Below, one piece after another: positions 15,271-23,741 of a stretch of DNA of 33,776 nt. The translations under genes were made by a program, and so were the position numbers. Every line of letters begins with the position of its first letter. Position 1 is the first letter of the stretch. The notes under the pieces were generated by a model, which saw only the letters and a list, made by a program, of their open reading frames with translations, did not search any database and was not told the DNA's origin. Source of the stretch: a candidate division WOR-3 bacterium (GTDB lineage Bacteria > Hydrothermota > Tepidihabitantia > SM23-42); contig JBBIHN010000001.1 of the NCBI GenBank assembly GCA_037446995.1, positions 1-33,776 on the forward strand, read 5' to 3'.

Positions 15271-17211
15271 TTAGAGAAAAGCAATATTTTCATCGCTCTT
15301 GTCTTCAATACCACCGAAATCTTCAGGAATGTTCTCAACTCTTCTTGTTTCGCGACCTACTTTCTCGACCGGCACGGTGAAATCCTCGATCAACGGCGGC
15401 TTGTCATCTGCTTCTGACTGGAATCCGTCAAAAGACGGAACTCGTTCGGGTTGCGGATCCATGTTCGCAGAAACCGCCGGTACTGGCTCGGGCGAAAATT
15501 CCCTGGGCGATTCTAACAATTGAGGTGGCTCACGATGTTTCTCCTCGAATGCCGGCTCCGGTTCGACCGGTGGCGTTTCTTTGTCGACGGTAACTTCAGT
15601 CCTTCTTGCCTCCTCAAGGACCGGCTCTTTACCGCCGAGCAGCGAGTAGATCTCGCGCACGTCCTTGTAATTGGGGTTGAGACTGATGATCCGTTCGATC
15701 TCGCGCATCGCATTGTCAAAATCTCCCATCCCCTCATACGCCGCCGCCAGCAAATAGCGCAGTTCCGTTTTTTTATCTTCGCTCAAATCTTCATATAACA
15801 ATGACGGCGCGATCGCTTTCATCGCTTCATTGTAGCGTCCAAGCCGGATTAGCGATGAACCATATATTTCAAGGGAATGCGGCCATGTATGCTTCAACTG
15901 CTTCAGATCGGCGACATAAGTAAGAGCGGCTTCGTAGAGCTGTGATTCCAGCGCCAGCCTGGCAGCGTGCAGGAGTTTGCCCTGATCCTCTTCACGCCAT
16001 TGAATCTTGCTGCGGAAATCATCAAATTCCTTTGCCAACTCAAAGCTCGGCGCCGGCGCAGTCTCGGCCTGATCGAGCAGGAACTCAATATCTGCGATCT
16101 GACCTTCCAGTTGTGGTATATCCGTTCCTTGATCGGTCGGCGCTTCATCAGGCATCGTGGCATCAGCGGCTGCCTTGAAACCTTCGATATCCTTTCCAAG
16201 ATCTTCAAAGATCTCCATTCCCTGAATATCACTGCCCGGCATAAGATCAGCCGTCGACGGCGGTGAGGCATCCGCAACAACGGGGTCATGTTCAATCACT
16301 GATTCAACATCGTCAGCCGGTTTCCTGTCACCCGCCGGCGGCGCGCTTTCGAGAACCGCACGGTCTTCGACTGGTTTCGGTTCCGGCTTCGGTGCCGCCG
16401 GTACCGGAGCCCCACCCTGCAACTCGTTGATTTTATTGATCGCCTCCAGATTACTGGGGTCAATCTCGGCGATTCGATTGAGAACCTTAATCGCCTCATC
16501 GATCTCGCCGCCAGCGATCAAATCCTGCACCGCCTTATTGAACTCAACAACCGCTTCGTCCTTGGAACCGATCTCATAAAGTAAATTACCCAACTCAATG
16601 CGACTCTTTGGATCAAGCTCTTCGCCGCCATCAGCGTTCGGCATCAAACCATTGACCTCATTGATCAGATTCTCATCCTGCGCTTCTTCGGCCATGTTTT
16701 TCAACCGGACCAGTTCTTCGTAAGCAATGACTCCCTGATTCAAAGAATACAAAATTTTGATGAAGGATAGACGCAGGGCGAGATTATTCGGCTGCATATC
16801 GATCACTTTGCGAAGACCGCCGATAAGAATGCTGTCTTTCTTGTTGTCTAATGCCCAGGAACAGGACTCCAGCATTTTCAATATCGCATGATTGGGCAAC
16901 CCATACAGATGGTAGAGGTCGGCAAGACGCGAGAATACTTCTTCTTTGGTACAATCAATCTTGACAATCTTTTCAAGACACATTATCGCATCGGCGTATT
17001 GGTTCATATCCCCGTACTTCGTGCAGGCGCTTTCATAACGCTGGATCGCCTCAGTATTATTGCCCAGTTTTAGTGCAATGTCGCCGGAAAGCTCAAGCGC
17101 CTTCGCATGATTCGGATTCTCGTTCAAAATGCGTCGCAAAATGATCTGAGCTTTTTCGATCTTGCCTTCGAGAATGTATTCGCGGCTTCTGTCGAGCACG
17201 TCTACTTCCAT
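15271..17211 (-). CDS. Long signal-less TPR protein, paralog 2 (TPR, Pro/Asp/Ala-rich linker, TPR, acidic disordered tail)
   Basis: 646 aa with an N-terminal TPR block, a low-complexity linker at about aa 264-392 (GGAPVPAAPKPEPKPVEDR...), a second TPR block, and a roughly 100-aa Pro/Glu-rich tail ending in ENIAFL. There is no signal peptide. Confidence 0.8.
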   Translation of the reverse strand: MEVDVLDRSREYILEGKIEKAQIILRRILNENPNHAKALELSGDIALKLGNNTEAIQRYESACTKYGDMNQYADAIMCLEKIVKIDCTKEEVFSRLADLYHLYGLPNHAILKMLESCSWALDNKKDSILIGGLRKVIDMQPNNLALRLSFIKILYSLNQGVIAYEELVRLKNMAEEAQDENLINEVNGLMPNADGGEELDPKSRIELGNLLYEIGSKDEAVVEFNKAVQDLIAGGEIDEAIKVLNRIAEIDPSNLEAINKINELQGGAPVPAAPKPEPKPVEDRAVLESAPPAGDRKPADDVESVIEHDPVVADASPPSTADLMPGSDIQGMEIFEDLGKDIEGFKAAADATMPDEAPTDQGTDIPQLEGQIADIEFLLDQAETAPAPSFELAKEFDDFRSKIQWREEDQGKLLHAARLALESQLYEAALTYVADLKQLKHTWPHSLEIYGSSLIRLGRYNEAMKAIAPSLLYEDLSEDKKTELRYLLAAAYEGMGDFDNAMREIERIISLNPNYKDVREIYSLLGGKEPVLEEARRTEVTVDKETPPVEPEPAFEEKHREPPQLLESPREFSPEPVPAVSANMDPQPERVPSFDGFQSEADDKPPLIEDFTVPVEKVGRETRRVENIPEDFGGIEDKSDENIAFL

Positions 17212-17229
17212 TGGAAATTATATACTATT

Positions 17230-18732
17230 TCATAATTTTGTCAAGAAGATATTTTCGATTTCAGCATAGAGGCTTTCTTCTTGTTTTCCGAGAGAATCAA
17301 GCTCGGATTTCATGGTTTTGTTAAACTCGCCGTCAATTATAGAATTTAGGTTAATCAACACATTGACCCGCGCGCCGAAAAAAGCGCTTCGGAACGAGTA
17401 GAGAGCAACGCCGACGTCGGATATTGCGTTCTTCAATCCTTTTTCCGCGACGATCCGGGCGTGTGGATACATGCCGACGACGTTACGGCAAACATCGAAC
17501 GGAACCTGAGCCGCATACTTATAGGCTTTCTGGATCGCGCTTTCCCGTTCTTTCTTCTCGGTCTCATCGTTGTCCGGCAGCTTGAACGCGGCGATCACCT
17601 GATCGAACGCGTTCTTATCTTTGTCGATCAGTTTATAAAAATCGTAGGCCTGGAGTTTTAAAACACCGTGCATCTCGCGCAATTCCTTATCCTTGGTCTT
17701 ATGTTCGGTTATCCCGGTCACCATCGCCAGCAAAGCCGATCCGAGCGCGGCCTGCAGCGCGGCGACACTGCCGCCGCCTGGCGTCGGTTTGGACAAAGCC
17801 AGCTCATGGAGAAAATCCATAATTGACTGTTTGTCCTTACCCCGGAGTTTATATTCAAGGATTTGGTCGGTATTGAAACGGTCGAGCTGTAGGTAATAGA
17901 TCGCCGTGTCGATCAAAGCCTGTTCCGGAACTAAGCCGACAATTTCCGATTCCTTGATGCTGACTCCGTGGCGTGCCGCTTCCCGCCTGGCGGTTTCAAA
18001 TACGCGGGCAAGCGGTGTTTTGGTGTAATTAGTCATATTACATGACACCTGAGCCCGATTTTCGGCTTTCAGTTGAAAACCCAGCGATTTGACAAACTGA
18101 AACCCGCCGCTCTGACTGCGTATTGCGTTGGCTATTTTCTGGGCGATCGCGACATCCGACGTGTTTAAATTCATATTGAACGCGATCAGTGGAAACCGAG
18201 CGCCGACCACGGTCGCGCCCGCGGTCGGGTGTATTTTCGCCGCGCCGAAATCTGGTCTTTTGTCCGGATTTGTTTCGATCTCGGCGCGCAAGCCTTCGAA
18301 TTCGCCCTTACGTATGTCGGCAAGATTCTTGCGGTCAGGCCGCGACGCCGCGTCCTCGTAAAGATACACCGGTATCTTCAATTCCTCGGCGATCCTTTTA
18401 CCCAGCCGCTTGGCAAGCTCCACGCACTCGCGGGTCGTTACGTTGCTGATCGGTACAAAGGGGATGACATCGGTCGCGCCCATACGCGGATGTTCGCCTT
18501 TATGCTTGGTGAGGTCGATCAACTCGGCGGCTTTTTTCACGCCCCGAAAAGCCGCCTCGAGAACCGCCTCAGGCTCGCCGATAAAAGTCACCACTGCCCG
18601 ATTGTGATCGGCATCCATTTCCTTATCAAGTAATTCAACGCCGGCGCTCGTAATATCATTGATGATAAGCTCGAGTCTGGCCGGATCCCGTCCCTCGCTG
18701 AAATTCGGTATGCACTCAACTAATTTTTCCAT
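17230..18732 (-). CDS. ftcD: Bifunctional glutamate formimidoyltransferase / formimidoyltetrahydrofolate cyclodeaminase
   Basis: MEKLVECIPNFSEGRD is the typical formiminotransferase N-terminus. The C-terminal part, LSKPTPGGGSVAALQAALGSALLAMV, is the cyclodeaminase signature. The likely start is the ATG at 18732, preceded by AAGGAAAGG. The 28-codon extension in the track (to 18816) lies inside hutI. Confidence 0.9.
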   Translation of the reverse strand: MEKLVECIPNFSEGRDPARLELIINDITSAGVELLDKEMDADHNRAVVTFIGEPEAVLEAAFRGVKKAAELIDLTKHKGEHPRMGATDVIPFVPISNVTTRECVELAKRLGKRIAEELKIPVYLYEDAASRPDRKNLADIRKGEFEGLRAEIETNPDKRPDFGAAKIHPTAGATVVGARFPLIAFNMNLNTSDVAIAQKIANAIRSQSGGFQFVKSLGFQLKAENRAQVSCNMTNYTKTPLARVFETARREAARHGVSIKESEIVGLVPEQALIDTAIYYLQLDRFNTDQILEYKLRGKDKQSIMDFLHELALSKPTPGGGSVAALQAALGSALLAMVTGITEHKTKDKELREMHGVLKLQAYDFYKLIDKDKNAFDQVIAAFKLPDNDETEKKERESAIQKAYKYAAQVPFDVCRNVVGMYPHARIVAEKGLKNAISDVGVALYSFRSAFFGARVNVLINLNSIIDGEFNKTMKSELDSLGKQEESLYAEIENIFLTKL

Positions 18733-19912
18733 AGATGACCTTTCCTTTTTTGATTGTATAACGGACCATATCCTCGCCGAAATTATACGGAATCTTATAA
18801 TAGTCATCAACATCACAGATCACCAGATCGGCCTGTTTGCCGACTTTGATGCTGCCGACTCTATCGAGCAGACTCAATGCCTGGGCCGCGTTGTAAGTCG
18901 CGCCGATAATTGCGTTCTCAACCGGCAAACGAAAAACGATGCAGGCGATCGCAATAATCTTGAGCATTGAATAGATCATGCATGAACCAGGATTGTAATC
19001 CGAAGCGATCGCGACCGGTGATCTTTCCTTCAAGAAACTCTCGATGTCGGGTTTTTTGTCGATCTGAAGAAAAAATGCCGTGCCGGGTAACAGAGTCGGG
19101 ATCACGCCGGCACGGTTCATTGCTTTGATCGCCGCGCCTGATGTGTATTCCAGATGATCGGCCGACACGCAACCCATTTCCGCGGCCAGGCCGGCCGCGC
19201 CGATATCCGAGAGCTCGTCGGCGTGGATTTTCAGGCCGAATCCTAGATCGCGTGCCCGGCTCAGCACTTTTCTGCTTTCCTCGACATTAAAGGCGATCTC
19301 ATCACAAAAAATATCGCAGAACAATGCCAGTTTATTTTTTGCCACTTCGGGGAGAATTTCCCGGCAGACCCGTTCAATGTATTGGGCGCGCTGCATATTC
19401 CTTGGGATGGCGTGCGCCAGATAGGTCGGGACGATATCAAGTACTGAATCGTTTTTCAATCTACTGATGACCTTAAGCATTTTGATCTCGGTCTCCGTGT
19501 CCAGACCGTATCCGCTCTTGCACTCGACCGTGGTTGTGCCGTGGCAGATGAATTTTTCCAGCCGTCTTTTCCCGTTTGAGTAAAGCTCCGCTTCGCTGGC
19601 TTGCCTGGTCATTGCCACGGAACTTGCAATGCCGCCGCCGGATCTCGCGATCTCTTCATAGCTTTTACCGGCGACGCGCATGGCGAATTCATTTTCGCGC
19701 GAACCCGCGTAGACAAAATGCGTATGGGAATCGATCAAGCCAGGCATAACCACGCAGCCCGAAACATCGATGATCTCGGTTTCATCGCCCGGCTTGATAT
19801 CGCCGATCCCGGATATCAGGTCATTGTCGATCAGTATCGATGCATTTTTGACCATGCCCAGACCATTTTCCATGGTCAGTATTTGCGCCGCGTTCTTATA
19901 TAAGATCGACAT
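18716..19912 (-). CDS. hutI: Imidazolonepropionase
   Basis: 398 aa of the amidohydrolase fold, with VMPGLIDSHTHFVYAGSR ... LKIHADEL ... SADHLEY ... ASDYNPGS. It sits directly upstream of ftcD, which is the next pathway step. Confidence 0.92.
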   Translation of the reverse strand: MSILYKNAAQILTMENGLGMVKNASILIDNDLISGIGDIKPGDETEIIDVSGCVVMPGLIDSHTHFVYAGSRENEFAMRVAGKSYEEIARSGGGIASSVAMTRQASEAELYSNGKRRLEKFICHGTTTVECKSGYGLDTETEIKMLKVISRLKNDSVLDIVPTYLAHAIPRNMQRAQYIERVCREILPEVAKNKLALFCDIFCDEIAFNVEESRKVLSRARDLGFGLKIHADELSDIGAAGLAAEMGCVSADHLEYTSGAAIKAMNRAGVIPTLLPGTAFFLQIDKKPDIESFLKERSPVAIASDYNPGSCMIYSMLKIIAIACIVFRLPVENAIIGATYNAAQALSLLDRVGSIKVGKQADLVICDVDDYYKIPYNFGEDMVRYTIKKGKVIYGKIS

Positions 19913-20078
19913 ATCTGGTATTGTATATCACTATGTACTGTATGTCAACAATTTCACTGTTTACTGATTACCGTCTTCTCCCTTAGCGTTACGCTCTACG
20001 TATTACGCGCTACGGTCTTTTTTCCCTTGACCGGCGTGTCATTCTGCCATATATCAAAAGTGTAGCTCTTCCCGATCC

Positions 20079-20531
20079 ATGAAACCGATAATTGACCTTT
20101 CGGTGCGCGATCTGGTCGAGTTCTGCCTGCGCAGCGGGAATCTGGATATGACAACCTTTGGAGTGATCAGCACTACTGATGGGATCAGGGCTCATCAACA
20201 AATACAATCCCAGCGATCTGATGCATATCAGAACGAGATCTTTATTGACCATGAGATCGAAAGAGAGAATTATGTCCTGCAGATCAACGGCCGAATGGAT
20301 GGTCTTCTTGTCGCCGATCAAGGCGTCACCATTGATGAGATCAAGACCACCAGACAGGACCTCACGCAAGTCGAGTTGTCTGAAGATCCAATACATTGGG
20401 GCCAGGCACAATGCTATGCATTTATGTACGCTCACAAAAACAGCCTGCAAATGATCAATGTGCAGCTCACATATTGCAATGTCGATGATGCCAGCACGAA
20501 TCCCGGATTGGGGTCAAATCTTGACATTTGA
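20079..20531 (+). pseudogene. PD-(D/E)XK (Cas4/RecB-like) nuclease gene, 3'-truncated by a repeat copy
   Basis: The N-terminus is SVRDLVEFCLRSGNLD, carrying a single Cys. The core motif is GRMDG...IDEIKT (D...ExK). QAQCYAFMY is a QxxxY motif. The last 7 codons and the stop lie inside the 24-bp repeat at 20510-20533. The C-terminal Cys cluster expected for Cas4-like proteins is absent. Confidence 0.55.
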
Positions 20532-20533
20532 CA
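20510..20533 (+). repeat. 24-bp repeat, copy A (22/24 match to copies B and C)
   Basis: Copy A is GGGGTCAAATCTTGACATTTGACA and copy B is GGGGTCAAATCTGGACATTGGACA. The two differences are both T for G. Confidence 0.8.
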
Positions 20534-20604
20534 TACAGCTTGGCATAATTGTTCAGGATCAGACCATCGCGACATAATAATCGATTTCTCGCTCGTCTCA
20601 TGAT

Positions 20605-22707
20605 TTATGGGCGTGGCATTAGCCGCGCCTTTGTCTCCGGCGTCACCGGAAAACCCAGTTGCTCGGCGCGGATAAGATCGTCCCGGGCCTTTTGATCTTC
20701 GCCGATCATATGCCGGGCCAGGGCGCGGTTAAAATAGGCATCGGCGTAATCGGGCCGGATCCGCAGGGCTCGATCATAGTCAGCTATCGCTTTTTCGTAC
20801 CGGGCGACGATCATATATAAATTGCCACGATTGTTCAGGGCTTCGGCAAAATCCGGTTTGAGCCTTATCGCGTTATCATAGTCGATCAGGGCGAGTCTAT
20901 TGTCGCCGATCATCCTGTAGGCCATGGCGCGGTTATAATAGGCCGTGTAAAAATAGGGATTGATCTCCAACGCCTGAGAATAGTCGGCGATCGCCCGGCC
21001 GAAGTCGCCGCGCACAAACCATATATCGCCCCGGTTGACATAAGTCTCAGGACAATAGGAATCAAACACCAGCGCGCGTTCATAGTCACTCAGCGCCAGT
21101 TCATGAAAGCCCAGCCGCGCATAAGCAAAACCGCGATCCAGATAGGCAATGTCTAATGATGCGTCCAGGCTTAAGGCATGATCCAGTTCCGCGATTGCCG
21201 CTTCGTAACGGCCCAGACGATTATAGGTCGCGCCCCTTCCCGCATAGGCGATCGCCATATCCATCTTTATGCTCAATGCGCGATCAAAATCCGCCAGTGC
21301 CCGTTCATAGTCCGCCAGTTTCTCATAGGCCATAGCGCGGTTGTAATAAAGCAATTCATATTCAGGATCGACCTCCATGGCGCTCTCATAATCCTGTATC
21401 GCGCGCGCGTACTGCCCCAGCAAACTGTAGACGCGACCCCGATTATTAAGCGCCAGCGAACTCTCGGGATATCGCCGCAAAACATAGTTCCAGAGTGTCA
21501 AACTATCTTTCCAAACGCGGCAAAGACCGCGGGATTGCATTGAAAAAATGGCAAGAACGATAACGACCGTCGCGGCAATCCCGATCTTCACTGCCCGCGC
21601 CCGGCCAATGAATCCGTTCCATAACCGGCGTCCGGCGTGAACGATCAGAAAGGCAATTCCGATCGACGGAATATAGGTGTATCGGTCAGCCGCCATGGCG
21701 TGGCCGGCAATGGGGATCATTTGGCTGACCGGCAAAGCGGTCACCAGATAGAAAAAAGTACCGAAAATCAACGCGCGGCGGTGGTGCATCGGTAACGCGA
21801 ATATCAAAGCCAAACCCGCGGCTAAGATCAGGGGTGCGAAATAGAAAGCGACCGGCATCGAATCTTCAAAACCGGCCGGATACGGGTAAAAAGGCGATAA
21901 CCCCAGAGGCACGACCGTTTTCGCGGCATACACGACAAGATTCCTGGTCCCGAGTATTAAATTACGCAGCAGATCAAATGCCGGCGTGTCGGTCTGCCGT
22001 ATCTGGGTGTGAAAATTTATCGCGACAAAAGGCAAGGCGAGTGCGACCATAATCAAGGCAAGCCGTAGGCTTGCGCGCCGAAGCCGGCCCTCGAGCAGAT
22101 ATTCGGTCAGTAACAGCACGCCGGGAAGCGTCAGCGCGATCGGTTTGGCGAGTATTGCCAGCAAATACAAAGCATTTACCGCGTAAGCAGCAAATCGCCG
22201 TTCCCGAAAACGAATAAAGACGGCCCAGGCGGCGAAGAAAAAAAGGCCGCAAAGCACGTCTTTGCGCTCGGTCACCCAGGCGACCGATTCAACGCGCATG
22301 GGATGCAGTCCGAAGAATAAGGCGATCACCACGGCCGCCCAGAAATCGCGCAGCAGAAGGCGCATCAACGCGAACAACAGAAGCACATTAATGATATGCA
22401 GCAGGACGTTAGCCAGGTGAAAGAAAACCGGATTCAAACCGAACAACCGGTTCTCGACGGAAAATGACAATATAGTCAGGGGCACGTATGGTCCGCTTTG
22501 GGGATTGGTGAAAATCCGCAGAATTGAGGCCGGGTTCAGATCGCGAATGCGCGGGTTGTTGGTGATCAATTCCGAATCGTCCCAATTCGTAAAATCGTTG
22601 GCCAGCGCCGGCATAAAGGCAAAAAACACGGCGAGAACGATCAAAATATTGACGACGATCGCGCGGTAGCACGGCTTCACGATTTCCATTATAACAGGCA
22701 CCGCCAT
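20605..22707 (-). CDS. Polytopic membrane GT-C-type (PMT/TMTC-like) glycosyltransferase-family protein with a C-terminal TPR array
   Basis: 700 aa. The N-terminal roughly 400 aa hold many hydrophobic helices and the motif FTNWDDSELITNNPRIR. The C-terminal roughly 290 aa are regular 34-aa TPRs (AIQDYESAMEVDPEYELLYYNRAMAY and similar). Confidence 0.8.
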   Translation of the reverse strand: MAVPVIMEIVKPCYRAIVVNILIVLAVFFAFMPALANDFTNWDDSELITNNPRIRDLNPASILRIFTNPQSGPYVPLTILSFSVENRLFGLNPVFFHLANVLLHIINVLLLFALMRLLLRDFWAAVVIALFFGLHPMRVESVAWVTERKDVLCGLFFFAAWAVFIRFRERRFAAYAVNALYLLAILAKPIALTLPGVLLLTEYLLEGRLRRASLRLALIMVALALPFVAINFHTQIRQTDTPAFDLLRNLILGTRNLVVYAAKTVVPLGLSPFYPYPAGFEDSMPVAFYFAPLILAAGLALIFALPMHHRRALIFGTFFYLVTALPVSQMIPIAGHAMAADRYTYIPSIGIAFLIVHAGRRLWNGFIGRARAVKIGIAATVVIVLAIFSMQSRGLCRVWKDSLTLWNYVLRRYPESSLALNNRGRVYSLLGQYARAIQDYESAMEVDPEYELLYYNRAMAYEKLADYERALADFDRALSIKMDMAIAYAGRGATYNRLGRYEAAIAELDHALSLDASLDIAYLDRGFAYARLGFHELALSDYERALVFDSYCPETYVNRGDIWFVRGDFGRAIADYSQALEINPYFYTAYYNRAMAYRMIGDNRLALIDYDNAIRLKPDFAEALNNRGNLYMIVARYEKAIADYDRALRIRPDYADAYFNRALARHMIGEDQKARDDLIRAEQLGFPVTPETKARLMPRP

Positions 22708-22724
22708 AAAGTCAACATGAACAT

Positions 22725-22748
22725 GGGGTCAAATCTGGACATTGGACA
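22725..22748 (+). repeat. 24-bp repeat, copy B (perfect inverted partner of copy C)
   Basis: GGGGTCAAATCTGGACATTGGACA. It covers the stop codon of the Y1 transposase-like gene. Confidence 0.9.
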
Positions 22749-23727
22749 AGCACGCCGTGACAGTCTTAACAATCTCAGTATATCGCTGTGATAGCCTTCT
22801 GTCTTTCTTGAGATGCCTCCATAGTCGGCTCCGTAATTTGCTTACAGCATAATAATCGACACCCAGATATTCACCTATCTTGTCTTGTTTCATCTCACAG
22901 TAGCGATATAGAATATCACTTAATATCCCGCGCACAATGCCATTTCCCCGGCGGATCCGAATGTCATCACGGTGAAGACCAAAAGCATCGCCTACACAAG
23001 CTACAACTATTTCAGGATCGACTTTGCTCGCTATCATCCTGCGATACTCGGGTTGCTCGCGTACCGAGCCTTTCTCCAGGAATCTTTTTCTAACAAGATC
23101 TACAAATGCGTCGTTTCCCAAGATGTTCTGATAATGAACTGCTTCAAATGGATTATCGAGATCGTGCTGCAACCCATCCAGAAGGAAATCTCTGTAGCCA
23201 CATCGATCACCTGCCAACCTCAATACTAAATCATAATGAACAAAATCAATTTTCAGTTTTTCTCGCAAATATCCGGGCAGACTGCTCCATTTGAAACGGT
23301 TGAGATATACCACCTTCCTATGGCACGGCAGGTCAGCAAACTCATTTCTACGCACGGGATTCAAATGCACATACCGCGACAGCTCAAGGAGATAGTTGTC
23401 AGCATCAACTAATATGGCTTTGTATCGCCCTTGATACAGATGGCCACATGTCTTATGATGGAAATTAAACCACCCTGTATAGCTGATGTTGAAACGCCGC
23501 ATGAATTCACTAAGATTCGCCTTTACCGTCTGCACACCCAGATGAAAATGATTGTCCATCAGAACGTAGAAGTGCAAAACAACACTGTAAATGCCTAAGG
23601 ACTCACGCAGCACTTTCAGAAACCAATGTCGATCATCATCATCCAAAAAAATTTTTTGACGTCTGTTGCCACGACAGAATACGTGATAGAACGCATCTGG
23701 GAATTGAATTCTCAATGGTCGTGCCAT
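22729..23727 (-). CDS. HUH/Y1 (IS200/RayT-like, PF01797-type) transposase-like protein with a C-terminal DnaA-C-like HTH domain
   Basis: MARPLRIQFPDAFYHVFCRGNRRQKIF ... LMDNHFHLGV (HUH motif) ... GHLYQGRYKAILV (catalytic Tyr motif). The C-terminus IVRGILSDILYRYCEMKQDKIGEYLGVDYYAVSKLRSRL resembles the DnaA domain IV HTH. The start is probably the ATG at 23727; the track's TTG at 23748 lies inside the repeat. Confidence 0.85.
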   Translation of the reverse strand: MARPLRIQFPDAFYHVFCRGNRRQKIFLDDDDRHWFLKVLRESLGIYSVVLHFYVLMDNHFHLGVQTVKANLSEFMRRFNISYTGWFNFHHKTCGHLYQGRYKAILVDADNYLLELSRYVHLNPVRRNEFADLPCHRKVVYLNRFKWSSLPGYLREKLKIDFVHYDLVLRLAGDRCGYRDFLLDGLQHDLDNPFEAVHYQNILGNDAFVDLVRKRFLEKGSVREQPEYRRMIASKVDPEIVVACVGDAFGLHRDDIRIRRGNGIVRGILSDILYRYCEMKQDKIGEYLGVDYYAVSKLRSRLWRHLKKDRRLSQRYTEIVKTVTACLSNVQI

Positions 23728-23741
23728 ATAAATTTCATAAA

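Noticed and set aside
15299-17073. Alternate-frame ORFs within TPR2 (15299..15523 +, 15513..15737 -, 15903..16295 -, 15967..16266 +, 16296..16499 - and others).
   Set aside because: They are nested in the long TPR reading frame and its low-complexity regions, and have no independent signals.
20010-20450. 146-aa minus-strand ORF opposite the PD-(D/E)XK nuclease fragment.
   Set aside because: It is antisense to an ORF with recognisable nuclease motifs and has no motifs of its own.
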